This document shows positions 1 to 9,633 of a stretch of 64,000 nt of DNA, piece after piece. The position numbers and the translations under genes are program-made. Position 1 is the first letter of the stretch; each line of letters opens with the position of its first letter. The notes under the pieces were generated by a model. The model was not told the DNA's origin. It made no database searches and saw only the letters and a list, made by a program, of their open reading frames with translations. Source of the DNA: an uncultured Lentisphaeraceae bacterium (GTDB lineage Bacteria; Verrucomicrobiota; Kiritimatiellia; RFP12; UBA1067). The stretch is from contig CAZMNN010000010.1 in assembly GCA_964567665.1 (NCBI GenBank), forward strand, positions 70 to 64,069, given 5' to 3'.

Positions 1-138
1 CCGTCGCCGATCCCCTGTCGCGGAAACGTGGGAATGTGGCGGTTGTCACCGGATCTTTCTGGTGAAGTTGAAAGGATATACACACCAGCACACTCGGAAA
101 TCAAGTGTGTCACGTAAATCATGTCAACGGGCGGTGCG

Positions 139-147
139 AAAAAAAAA
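139..147 (+). repeat. A9 homopolymer tract in intergenic region
   Basis: gtgcg-AAAAAAAAA-cataaaac read directly from the sequence. Confidence 0.9.
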
Positions 148-191
148 CATAAAACTATGCGTCCTCATATTATCGCAATTGAACAGGAGGC

Positions 192-278
192 GTAGATTCA
201 ATTCGTTCAATCTCAATCATGCAGATTTAATTCGCCCGATCTCAATCATGTAGATTCAACTCGCCCGATCTCAATCAT
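192..278. repeat. Three tandem 29-bp direct repeats
   Basis: GTAGATTCAATTCGTTCAATCTCAATCAT (192-220), GCAGATTTAATTCGCCCGATCTCAATCAT (221-249), GTAGATTCAACTCGCCCGATCTCAATCAT (250-278); no spacers. Confidence 0.9.
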
Positions 279-299
279 GCGGAGGATGAAAATTTACAG

Positions 300-327
300 T
301 TGAAAAAAAAAATGGATATGCTACCAT
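300..327 (+). promoter_or_regulatory. Putative sigma70 promoter containing an A10 tract (303-312)
   Basis: TTGAAA (300-305), 16-nt spacer, TG-c-TACCAT extended -10 (322-327). Confidence 0.55.
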
Positions 328-368
328 TCATGGCATTCAAATTTACGTAGAGAAAGGTGGCTGCTTCC

Positions 369-3300
369 ATGAAGACTGTCCTCGTTGCGCTGTGTGCAGG
401 CTTTGCCTTGGCTGGCATATGTGAAGATGACATATACGTCGGAACCGGAGAGATCGTCCGGCGAGAAATCAACTCTGACGCCGAGCAGTCCGGAAATGTG
501 GTCGTGTCGCCTCGCGGTACGCTGCTGAAGACAGGAAACGGCGTATGGACGTTGCCGACATCGAAAATCACGCAGGGGTGGAAAGCAAACGTTGCGGTAG
601 GTCAAGGCACAATGAGAATCCGGCATGACGCCGCGTCTGCAACGGGCGGATCGGCGGCGATTCCTCAGACGCTGCAGAACGCGGCGGTTTGGTTTGATGC
701 TCGTAAGGCAGATTCATTTGTGCAGGATGATTCGGGCAGGATTGTCGACTGGCTTGACTGCCGCGAAACTGGAAACGCCACTGACGGCTATGCGCTGATA
801 CGCGCACACACGGACAGTTCGTTTTCGACTCTCGCGCCTGAACTTAAGGAGAAGGACGGAACGACTGGTCTCTATTTCCAGGGGTTCGGCTCCGGCTGCT
901 GGATGAACCTGCTTTCCGCCGGTGGTGCACAGGCTGAAGTGCTTGCCAAGAATGTTTTTGTTGTGCAGGGGCAATTCGAGAAGCTTGCGCCGCTTCTGGG
1001 TGTCCGCAGCGGCTACCGCAACGGCAATGCGCATCTTGCGTTTGTTCCTGGATTGGCTGCATCCGGTGCGTTCCTGCCGATGTGGGTGAACGCGAGCTAT
1101 GACGTTTCAAGCATTTTGGCCGCCCGCACGTACATTGACGGTGATGAGGTGGATGCGTTCTCAAGCGTCGCCCAGGCGTTTCCGTCAAACCGCTTTGCCC
1201 TTGTCGAGGTAGAGTTTCTGGAGGCGGCCGGAGGCTTCCAGTGCTTCTTCAACGACCGCGACTACTTCGGCGGCGCTGCCGGCAATCGTGTCGGCGGAGA
1301 ATACATCTGCGAAGTCGTCGCATTCACGAATGCTCTGTCCGCAACCGAACGTCTGCAGGTCGAGGAGTATCTGATGTCGAAGTGGTTTGGGGTGAAACGT
1401 CCGGCAGCGCTGCACGTGACCGCCGCCGCAGGGACGAGAGTGGAGATGGAGTCAGCTGGAGATGGAGCGGAAGCGATTCCCGTATCCATTGGCGGCGGAG
1501 GCGATTTCGTTAAGGTTGGCTCCAACGGGGCCGATGTTGGAATTCCGGCTCTGCTTGAGGGATTCAACGGACGGTTCAGACTTGATGACGGAGTTCTCAT
1601 GATGCGAGGTTCAGCCCCGTTTGCCGTCGTCGCCGGCGAGCAGCTGCACGTCGATCTGCCGTACGGCGGCCCGGTAATGTCCAATGCCGTCGCAGAGTCG
1701 GATTCGTTCGTGAAGAGCGGCGCCGGGACGTTGCGGATAAATGCACTGCCGCCCGAAGTGAAGAGACTGAGAGTGTCGGCGGGCGAACTTGCGCTCGAAG
1801 CACCGCCTACGGTTGCAGCGTCAATTCCGGCGTCTTCATTGATCGTGACTGGATGTGTGCCGAACGCGAGTTTCGAGCAGGGGATTGAAGCTACTACATC
1901 GACGGTCAACCTTGGAGACGGATTTCAGGGATGGGCCGCGGTCGCTGGAGAAGGTTCAAGTGAAGCCAATCTTGCGTGGGTGAACCACAGCGCGTACAAA
2001 GGCGGCAAAAACGACTCCAGCCCATACTGGAAACTTCCGACGGAGGTGCCTGACGGCGAATGTGTGCTTGCCATAAACAAAGGTGCGAGCGTATGGACAA
2101 CAATCACGTTGCCGCAGGAGGGTGTATATGAACTTACGTTCAAGGGAGCATCGCGGATTGACAAGGCCGGACTTATCCTCGATCTGGCGATAGGCGAAAG
2201 CATGGATGCCGCAACATCGTTCGGCAGTTTCCGCTCCATCTACGCAGACGGACGCTTCTGTTCGTTCCGGTACCGTCTGCCGCGTCTTGGCGCCGGCAGC
2301 CACAGGCTCTGGTTCCGTCAGGTCGATGTCACCAAGGACTGCTGCTGTCTGATCGACGATCTCAAGCTGACGCGCATTGACGATACGTTGTTGCGCCGGG
2401 AAGTCCCGAACGGTTCGTTCGAGCAGTTCAGGGTCTCCTACGATGCGTTCACCAAGCCGATGCTGTTTGATTCCACAAACTTCGACGGTCTTGCGTCCTG
2501 GACTGTCGTTCAGGCGTCCGATGAATCGGCCAATTCTAATTATGGATGGACACTCGCTTCGTATGTTGGATCCGGCCCCGTAGTGCGCGGCATGGGATGG
2601 GATAATCGCAATTCCGATAAAGGATGGGCGAGCCAGTTCTGCAACGTGCGAGAATGCGATGACGGGTTCGTGCAGCTGTATCTTACGCAGGGCGCATCCG
2701 CGCACGTCACGTTCACACCGGCCGCCGGGCGGTACTTCGTCTCTGCCGACATCGGGCTTTATCGTTCAACGTTCGACAGCACGCCACATATGACGGCACA
2801 TTCGTACGTAAAGATCGGTGATGCGGATTACGTCTCGCTCGGCGACATTGACATCAACGGCAGATTCTCCATGAAGCGCCGCACGTTCCCGGTCGCCTTC
2901 ACGGTGGACGGGCAGACTGCAATCACGCTTAGGCTTGCGGCATCCATGGCACCCACGTCCTATTCCTACCCGACAGGTCATCTCCTTTTTGACAATGTGG
3001 AGCTTGCGCCTGTCGGCGAAGGAAAGAGCGAAGAGCTTGTCAAGAACGGGAGCTTCACTGCGGCATCCGGATGGGAATACGTGAACGGTGAAGGCCTTGC
3101 GGCCAATTACACGCCAAAGCGGCTTGAATGCGGCAAGGTCAGCGCTGCATACGGGTCGAACTGGATCGATGACTACGCGCTGGTGGTCATAGACAACGGA
3201 CTTGTGCATCAGGATGTCGCAGTTCCAGCCGCCGGATGGTACAGGCTTTCGCTTGCGGCGCGTACGCGGGTGTGGTTTGACGGTACTCCGAGAACTCCGC

Positions 3301-3728
3301 TGCCGGTTAGGTTCTGGCTTGCCAAGGATGGTGTCACTAACGTGATTGCAAACCTTACGCCTCCCGTCACGAACTTTACGATGTGGAGCTGGTCATTCAG
3401 GATGCCGGAGGCGGGCGTGTGGAAATTCGGCATCGAGGGGCTTGGCGAGGGCGGAATGGACCTGAACACCCTGATAGACAACGTTTCGCTTGTACACGAC
3501 CTGAACGTATCCGATGAGCCGGACATCGGTGAGGATGTGGCGATCTTCGTTGATGAAGGCGCAAGGCTGCGCCTTGACTTCGCGGGGACCGGCACGGTGA
3601 GCCGTCTGAAGATCAACGGCAGGAGCCGCTACGGTCTCGTGCGGGCTTCAGACTTCCCGGATGTCTTGAGCGGAGACGGTGCATTCTTCGTCCTTCCTCC
3701 GAAGGGTATGACGGTCATCATCAGGTGA
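369..3728 (+). CDS. Large secreted protein: signal peptide, autotransporter-associated beta-strand-like repeats, LamG/ConA-like module, CBM-like NxSFE domains, C-terminal GMTVIIR motif
   Basis: ORF 357..3728; start moved to ATG 369 giving MKTVLVALCAGFALA; KTGNGVWTL and KSGAGTLRI repeats; WFDA...EEYLMSKW module; PNASFE/PNGSFE/KNGSF repeats. Confidence 0.85.
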   Translation: MKTVLVALCAGFALAGICEDDIYVGTGEIVRREINSDAEQSGNVVVSPRGTLLKTGNGVWTLPTSKITQGWKANVAVGQGTMRIRHDAASATGGSAAIPQTLQNAAVWFDARKADSFVQDDSGRIVDWLDCRETGNATDGYALIRAHTDSSFSTLAPELKEKDGTTGLYFQGFGSGCWMNLLSAGGAQAEVLAKNVFVVQGQFEKLAPLLGVRSGYRNGNAHLAFVPGLAASGAFLPMWVNASYDVSSILAARTYIDGDEVDAFSSVAQAFPSNRFALVEVEFLEAAGGFQCFFNDRDYFGGAAGNRVGGEYICEVVAFTNALSATERLQVEEYLMSKWFGVKRPAALHVTAAAGTRVEMESAGDGAEAIPVSIGGGGDFVKVGSNGADVGIPALLEGFNGRFRLDDGVLMMRGSAPFAVVAGEQLHVDLPYGGPVMSNAVAESDSFVKSGAGTLRINALPPEVKRLRVSAGELALEAPPTVAASIPASSLIVTGCVPNASFEQGIEATTSTVNLGDGFQGWAAVAGEGSSEANLAWVNHSAYKGGKNDSSPYWKLPTEVPDGECVLAINKGASVWTTITLPQEGVYELTFKGASRIDKAGLILDLAIGESMDAATSFGSFRSIYADGRFCSFRYRLPRLGAGSHRLWFRQVDVTKDCCCLIDDLKLTRIDDTLLRREVPNGSFEQFRVSYDAFTKPMLFDSTNFDGLASWTVVQASDESANSNYGWTLASYVGSGPVVRGMGWDNRNSDKGWASQFCNVRECDDGFVQLYLTQGASAHVTFTPAAGRYFVSADIGLYRSTFDSTPHMTAHSYVKIGDADYVSLGDIDINGRFSMKRRTFPVAFTVDGQTAITLRLAASMAPTSYSYPTGHLLFDNVELAPVGEGKSEELVKNGSFTAASGWEYVNGEGLAANYTPKRLECGKVSAAYGSNWIDDYALVVIDNGLVHQDVAVPAAGWYRLSLAARTRVWFDGTPRTPLPVRFWLAKDGVTNVIANLTPPVTNFTMWSWSFRMPEAGVWKFGIEGLGEGGMDLNTLIDNVSLVHDLNVSDEPDIGEDVAIFVDEGARLRLDFAGTGTVSRLKINGRSRYGLVRASDFPDVLSGDGAFFVLPPKGMTVIIR

Positions 3729-3794
3729 GAACGTGCAAGATGAAATTCAGGTCAGCGAAAAATTGTGCGGCAAGGTGAAGGACGGGGACGGTAA

Positions 3795-6700
3795 ATGCGA
3801 TCAGTCAAAATGCAGTTCCGATCAGTGAAAAGGGGCTTCGTGTCGATGTTCAGCGCAGTGTGCGCATCGCTCTGCCTGTCGGCGTCCGTACACGAGTTCG
3901 GTCCGGCGGACAGAATAGAAATACATTCCGAGCCGAGGGGCTATGAGAAGTTCGTGACGGTATCGCAAGCGGCGGATCGCGTGGTGTTCGATTGCCGGGC
4001 GGCGTTTGCGAAGGGGATGCGCAATCTGGTGTGTCTGCTGCCGCAGTTCGAGGATCCGCAGCTTGCCGGCGAGGATATGCTTGCGGAGGTGTTCGTTGGC
4101 AGCGCCGATTCACAGGCGTTTGTGCAGCCATACCTACAGATGTGGAAGGAGATCGATGGAGTGCGCCAGTTCAGGGTATTGAGGTCGCGCGCTCCGTTTT
4201 TGACGGCGGGCAATGAGCACTCGATGGCGCGGTGCGTGTTCGTAGGCACCTGCCATGACAAATCCGGCGGTTACCGTCTGAGGTTCGATCTGCGGAAGCC
4301 GGAATACGGCAGTGGGGGCGTTTTCTGCTTTACGCGGGGGCGGGTGGCGCGTCTCGACGAGGTGCGCACAAGCGTGAAGCCGAAGACCGTTGCACCGGAA
4401 CTGACCATGCATCTTCCGTTCGACGGCTCTGCCGTGGCGACGTTCGCGAAAGGGGCGTCCACTCCGCTCACCGAGCGCGGGGTGTCGTACGAGCCTGGCG
4501 TGAATGGTCAGGCGGTGCGCGTCTCTCCGAAGAGCCGTACCGTACTTGAATATGCGTTCGCCGGAAACATCTCGCAGGAACGCGGTGCAGTCTCCATGTG
4601 GGCGAAGCGCGATGCGCGAGATGCCGGAACGAGCGGATGGCTTCTTTCGTCGCCCACGCCGTTCAACCTCCGTCTCGGCACCGGCGCCCTGTACCTCTGG
4701 CTGTGGGGGCAGAACGGCGCACGGCTGAGACTCGACACTTCCGACGACTGCGACGCATATGTCTGGCGCAGCGTCGCGTCGGACGGCGACTGGCATCATG
4801 TGGTGGCGAGCTGGAACGAGGCGGGCGGCAGTCTGTTCGTAGACGGCGCACGGTGCTACGACGATGTCGGCGGCGCATCGCTCTCGCCGTTGGAGAAGGC
4901 GCGCCAGCCGTATTCATTCAGCAATCTCGGCAAGTGGGATGCAGCCAAGCGCTTCTTCATCGGATCGCGGGGCGGTCTTGATCAGTTCGACGGACTGATC
5001 GACGAGGTTAAGATATATTCCGCCGCATTGACGAAGGAGCAGGCTCAGTCCCTTTACCGTGAGGGTGGCAGACAGCCTAAGCCACGTCCGGACTATGCCG
5101 CGATGTCGGCTGAACGCGGACGGAACATCTACGAGACGGCACCGGTCGGCAATGGCGGAGACCCCGGCGAGATGGAGCTTGTGCGCGAAGTCCGCTTTGA
5201 CCGTGCCGGGCTTGCGTCGCTGCGCATCCCCGGAACGAAGTTTGAAGTGGTCGGCCCGTCGTCCATGCGCACCACGGCGGACGGTGTAGACTATCTTGAA
5301 CTTGGAGGAGAGGAGTTCCACAGGATGGCGGTCGGATTTGAACTTGCCGCCGGCGAGCCGCTGTATGTGTTTGAGATCGATTATCCGGACGACGCCAAGC
5401 GCACGATGGACATGATTGTGCAGGATGCGTTCTCCCCATCATACGAAACAGTCAGGATGCAGGACTATGAAATGCAGGTAGGCGTGTTCACCGGCGGCGA
5501 TCTGCCTATCTCCGGCAAGATTCGCACACACAGGTGCGTGTACTGGGCGAGTTCGACAAATGTCGTGTTCGAGGCGATGACGGCACGAAAGGGAGAGCCT
5601 GCCGCCGTGTCTGCAATCCGTCTGTACCGTCTGAAGAACCGTGCGCTTCCGGCGGCGAGGATCGTTTCGCCAAAACCGAAGAACGGATGGGGGCGCACGA
5701 TCGGATGGTACTATGAGGATCCGTCAATCGACAGGGAGTTCGCTGTGGCGGATAACGCACATTCGCCGGAGCAGTGGATGGAGCTGGTCGACAAGATCGC
5801 CGCCACGATGAAATATCAGGGGTTGAACCTCTTTGCGTATCCTGGTGCGTGGTACAGCGGAATGATGGACGACCTCTACAATCCGCACGGACACGCCCCT
5901 GATTTTCTGCGGGCGTTCTATGAGCGTTTCGACCGTGAGGGTATCGGCGTGGTGCCGTTGATCAACCAGGAGACGCATCCCGTGCCGTCCGGTTCGCTCA
6001 CATACGACATGATCGTCTCCGGGGATGTCCACGGCACAATGTACAACGTCACAGCCACCGGAAAGCCGCAGAGCGGAGTCACGTATGTACCGTCGCTGTT
6101 CAACATCTGCCATCCGGACACGCAGCGTTATCTTGAAGGGATGATTGACAGATTTGTCGCGGACGGAATGAAGCATCCGTCGTTCAAGGGCGTGGGGCTT
6201 CACGTAAAGCACTCATCGATATGCTGGCTCGGCATGATCACGAGCGGCTACAACGACTACATGATAGACGGGTTTACGCGGGACACAGGAATCAAGGTGC
6301 CAGTGGACAGGCGAGATCCGATGCGCGGCAGGGCGTACGCCGAATGGCTCATGGCGAATGCGTACGAACCTTGGGTGCAGTGGCGGTGCCGTCAGGTGAG
6401 CGGATTCTGGGTGAAGATCGCCCGCAAGCTTGCCGCCGCCCGTCCGGATCTGAAGCTGTGGATAAACAACATCGCCAACCTTGACCCGATCATGGACAGG
6501 TTCGCGTCCCCGGACTACATGCGGCGCATGGCGCGTGAGGGCGGCCTTGACCGCGAGATATTCGCGAAGGAGTCGCCCAACGTCATCATGGGTCAGACGT
6601 CACTGCCGGCGGACTACCGTTTTGCGAAACCCGGATGGTACTACCAGACGCCGGCCGACTACGAATGTCAGCGCAGCTACCACACGAAGCCTTGCTATTG

Positions 6701-7277
6701 GGACTTCCTCGACAACGCGGCCTTCCCGCTCGTCCATATGCACGACCGCTACTGGGAATCCGCGCCCGGCGACAGGTCGCGGAACCGAAACCCTGATCTC
6801 CAGTTCAAGGCAAAATGGTTCCGTGAGGTGAAGTGGCGTGTCTCCACGCTGAATGCCGGCGGCCCGTATGCGATGGAGCATTACGCCGTTCCCTTGCGTT
6901 TCCGCGATGTGCTTGGATTCACGAAGGGCGGATATCTCGTCGGTACGTATGGCATGGAGCCGTATCTCGTTCCGTTCGCGCAGGCGTTTCGCGCACTGCC
7001 GGCGACAGGCATGGATACGATGCCGGGTGGCGGTGAGTTTGTGCGGCTCAGGTACGTGCGCCATGATGGACGCAGCTGGTTCTATCTTGTGAACACAGGG
7101 GTTGATCCGGTGTGCGTGGAGGTGCGCTTCCCTGACGGAACGCGCAATCTGGTCACAGGTGAGCCGGTTGCCGGAAAGGCGTCCATCACGCTTGGCCCAT
7201 ACGAACTTCGCTCGTTCGGCGCGGCAGCCGGAAAGCCGGCGATTCTCGACGTCCAATCGACATCGCGGCAGATGTGA
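3795..7277 (+). CDS. Secreted glycoside hydrolase-like protein (LamG domain plus TIM-barrel GH-like domain)
   Basis: 1160-aa ORF; LamG signatures (WHHVVASWNE, FDGLIDEVKIYSAALT); Trp/Tyr-rich barrel-like C-half; start could be ATG 3810. Confidence 0.7.
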   Translation: MRSVKMQFRSVKRGFVSMFSAVCASLCLSASVHEFGPADRIEIHSEPRGYEKFVTVSQAADRVVFDCRAAFAKGMRNLVCLLPQFEDPQLAGEDMLAEVFVGSADSQAFVQPYLQMWKEIDGVRQFRVLRSRAPFLTAGNEHSMARCVFVGTCHDKSGGYRLRFDLRKPEYGSGGVFCFTRGRVARLDEVRTSVKPKTVAPELTMHLPFDGSAVATFAKGASTPLTERGVSYEPGVNGQAVRVSPKSRTVLEYAFAGNISQERGAVSMWAKRDARDAGTSGWLLSSPTPFNLRLGTGALYLWLWGQNGARLRLDTSDDCDAYVWRSVASDGDWHHVVASWNEAGGSLFVDGARCYDDVGGASLSPLEKARQPYSFSNLGKWDAAKRFFIGSRGGLDQFDGLIDEVKIYSAALTKEQAQSLYREGGRQPKPRPDYAAMSAERGRNIYETAPVGNGGDPGEMELVREVRFDRAGLASLRIPGTKFEVVGPSSMRTTADGVDYLELGGEEFHRMAVGFELAAGEPLYVFEIDYPDDAKRTMDMIVQDAFSPSYETVRMQDYEMQVGVFTGGDLPISGKIRTHRCVYWASSTNVVFEAMTARKGEPAAVSAIRLYRLKNRALPAARIVSPKPKNGWGRTIGWYYEDPSIDREFAVADNAHSPEQWMELVDKIAATMKYQGLNLFAYPGAWYSGMMDDLYNPHGHAPDFLRAFYERFDREGIGVVPLINQETHPVPSGSLTYDMIVSGDVHGTMYNVTATGKPQSGVTYVPSLFNICHPDTQRYLEGMIDRFVADGMKHPSFKGVGLHVKHSSICWLGMITSGYNDYMIDGFTRDTGIKVPVDRRDPMRGRAYAEWLMANAYEPWVQWRCRQVSGFWVKIARKLAAARPDLKLWINNIANLDPIMDRFASPDYMRRMAREGGLDREIFAKESPNVIMGQTSLPADYRFAKPGWYYQTPADYECQRSYHTKPCYWDFLDNAAFPLVHMHDRYWESAPGDRSRNRNPDLQFKAKWFREVKWRVSTLNAGGPYAMEHYAVPLRFRDVLGFTKGGYLVGTYGMEPYLVPFAQAFRALPATGMDTMPGGGEFVRLRYVRHDGRSWFYLVNTGVDPVCVEVRFPDGTRNLVTGEPVAGKASITLGPYELRSFGAAAGKPAILDVQSTSRQM

Positions 7278-7283
7278 TAGAAG

Positions 7284-7292
7284 TGGTATAAT
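7284..7292 (+). promoter_or_regulatory. Extended -10 promoter, probable leaderless transcript for the methyltransferase
   Basis: TG-g-TATAAT, 7 nt before ATG 7300. Confidence 0.6.
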
Positions 7293-7299
7293 TCATTTC

Positions 7300-8466
7300 A
7301 TGTCTTTGCGTGATAGAAGTAACATGAATGAAACCGGTTGCAGACGGCGAGTGGCGGTGTCTTTGTTTTCGGGTGCCGGCGGATTGGACATTGGCGTTCG
7401 ACAGGCAGGATTTGATGTCCTCGCGTGTGTAGAGCTTGATCAAAACGCCTGCGACACGCTACGGTACAACATAGCAAGGCAAGGAGACCGAACCAGGGTT
7501 TACGAAGGAGACATAAGGGCTTTTGATCCTGATGATATTCTTAGAGATGTGCAATCCAGCGGCGGCGACATTGATTTGCTGTTTGGCGGTCCACCATGCC
7601 AAGCGTTTTCCTTGATAGGGAAGCAGAAGGCGTTGGAAGATGAGCGCGGAACACTCCTTTTCCAGATGATTCGCTACACCGAAGCCATGAAACCTAAAGT
7701 TGTCTTGATGGAGCAGGTAAAGGGTTTGCTGTCAGCCCGTGACGCTGATGGACGGCGAGGTGGAGTGTTCGAGTCGTTGCTGGATGAATTCGACCGTCTC
7801 GGCTATACGACCAAATACAAGGTATGCCTTGCCGCAGATTATGGGGTTGCACAGCTGCGGGAACGCGTGATATTGGTTGCAACGAAATGCGGAAGCGAAT
7901 TTGAATTTCCGCCCCCGACACATTCAAAACGCATGGAAACGGGCGATTTGTTTTCCGATCCATTGCCGTCATGGTTGACGGTCGGTGAGGCGTTGCGGGG
8001 AGTGCCGTCTCCTCATCCCAGGGAAAAAGGTGTCACGACATATCCTGATGATATGCAGAACCATGTAGATGTCACTCCAGATCGTGACCGCGAGCGGATT
8101 CACCATGTGCCTGAGGGTCTTTATCTCGCGTCGCAGACGCAATTGCCGAAGGACATAGTAGGAAAACTTAACCGTAAGGACACAACGAAGTACCTTCGCC
8201 TTAACCGTGCAGGGCAATCAAACACACTTCGCTGCGGGGAGATATTCTTTCATCCTACCGAAGACCGGTACTTGACGCCTCGCGAATATATGCGCATACA
8301 CGGATATCCCGATGATTATCTGCTCAAGGGACCGATTCGTTCAAGAACGGGCAGTGTCAAAAGCCTGGATCAGCATCGGCTTGTGGCGAATTCTGTCCCA
8401 CCCCCTCTCGCCTTTGCATTTGCGAAGCAGATTTCAATGTACATGGACGGAATGGAGGCAAGGTGA
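7300..8466 (+). CDS. DNA (cytosine-5)-methyltransferase
   Basis: C5-MTase motifs: LFSGAGG (I), GGPPCQAFS (IV, catalytic Cys), MEQVKGL (VI), QLRERV (VIII), LTPREYMRIHGYPD (IX), ANSVPP (X); start ATG 7300 or 7324. Confidence 0.95.
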   Translation: MSLRDRSNMNETGCRRRVAVSLFSGAGGLDIGVRQAGFDVLACVELDQNACDTLRYNIARQGDRTRVYEGDIRAFDPDDILRDVQSSGGDIDLLFGGPPCQAFSLIGKQKALEDERGTLLFQMIRYTEAMKPKVVLMEQVKGLLSARDADGRRGGVFESLLDEFDRLGYTTKYKVCLAADYGVAQLRERVILVATKCGSEFEFPPPTHSKRMETGDLFSDPLPSWLTVGEALRGVPSPHPREKGVTTYPDDMQNHVDVTPDRDRERIHHVPEGLYLASQTQLPKDIVGKLNRKDTTKYLRLNRAGQSNTLRCGEIFFHPTEDRYLTPREYMRIHGYPDDYLLKGPIRSRTGSVKSLDQHRLVANSVPPPLAFAFAKQISMYMDGMEAR

Positions 8467-8467
8467 C

Positions 8468-9595
8468 ATGAAGAACGGCTCCAGAATTTTCGAACTGTAC
8501 GGCTATCCCGTGGATGATTGGTCAAGTGAAGCAATGGATAATTTGAGGCATTGCCGTTGCCCCTTCATGAATGAGGAGTGCGATGGTGGCGGCAACAGAT
8601 TCTCGTCCGCCGTCATTCTTTCAGAGGGGCATCCCCTCAAGAGTGTGTTCCCAGACAAGCCCTCCGTTCAGTCTGGTGTCTGCTCTCTTTTGCTGCACGA
8701 CAGTGAACAGCCGTGGATCGTCTGCCCTCGGCGTTTGCTGAACTATAGGTGCGGAGTGGAGAAGGAGCGGCAGATGGACGTCAAGCGAATGCTTTGTGAG
8801 AAATCAGGCTTGACGGAAGGGGTGCGCTATTCTGTGTGGTCTGAAGTGAAGATGAAGTGCCAGATTGTCGATGGAGGAAAGACCGGACACTTCGATTATA
8901 CATTCGATTACGTCATCACCGGGCGGACAAGGAAATCTCTCGAACAGATATGCGATATTTTTGGATGTTCTCAGTCAAAAGCCGCCAATATGCTTGCGAA
9001 AAATGGCTTTACGACTTGTCGGATGAATGGAGCATTGTACTGTGAAGATTTCCCCGCACTCCCGCTCGTGATTGTGGAGGTAATGACATCAAGCACTTCG
9101 GGCGGAAACAAGAGGGACAGAACGCAGATAGCTCAACTGTTTGAGGATACGGTATTGAAGCTCAACGGCGTCGCGACTGAACCTGCGGGGCCTGGCATAA
9201 ACTATCGGCAGGTATGGGCGCGAATGGTGAGCCAGCTGTTGGTCAAGTGTCAGATCGGCAAAGCATGGGGTGGTTCGACGTTTTGGGTTGTTCAGGATCT
9301 CCTTGCCAAATACATATCAGAAACCACGGCATTGAATTTTTCTGATTTTCTTGCGCAGCATCGTGACGAAGTCAATGTAATTTCCGGTGGATATGGTGAT
9401 GATGCCATGCCTTTGCGCCGAAAAGAAAACATAGCGGAAATACGGGATGTGAAGTTCTATTCCGGTAAAGTTGCGCCAGCATCCGATGAGAGCAAGACCT
9501 TTTCCGACATCATCAAACTTGGAGTTTTACCTCCACGCAGTGAATTGCTGAAAAAGCTGCTGCAGAAAAAGCCCTGTGCAACGTTTGTGTTTTAA
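8468..9595 (+). CDS. Type II restriction endonuclease, NotI family-like
   Basis: ATG 1 nt after the MTase stop; N-terminal IFELYGY...CPF...C...GVCSL...WIVCPRRL Cys4 pattern resembling the NotI metal-binding domain; D...VEVMTSS nuclease-like core. Confidence 0.75.
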   Translation: MKNGSRIFELYGYPVDDWSSEAMDNLRHCRCPFMNEECDGGGNRFSSAVILSEGHPLKSVFPDKPSVQSGVCSLLLHDSEQPWIVCPRRLLNYRCGVEKERQMDVKRMLCEKSGLTEGVRYSVWSEVKMKCQIVDGGKTGHFDYTFDYVITGRTRKSLEQICDIFGCSQSKAANMLAKNGFTTCRMNGALYCEDFPALPLVIVEVMTSSTSGGNKRDRTQIAQLFEDTVLKLNGVATEPAGPGINYRQVWARMVSQLLVKCQIGKAWGGSTFWVVQDLLAKYISETTALNFSDFLAQHRDEVNVISGGYGDDAMPLRRKENIAEIRDVKFYSGKVAPASDESKTFSDIIKLGVLPPRSELLKKLLQKKPCATFVF

Positions 9596-9633
9596 CGGAC
9601 AATCCGTAGTTGACGAAGGAGTGGAAAAGCGGA

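Noticed and set aside
62-253. 63-aa ORF
   Set aside because: Runs through the A9 tract and the tandem repeats, has no recognisable motif, and lies in a regulatory region.
192-278. Possible mini CRISPR array
   Set aside because: The repeats are directly contiguous with no unique spacers, and no cas genes are in the window.
7102-7299. N-terminal extension of the methyltransferase ORF
   Set aside because: Overlaps the preceding gene; the promoter and motif I position support ATG 7300 or 7324. The same reasoning trims the ORF-track extensions at 8312, 11811, 39324, 42140, 45428 and 55975.
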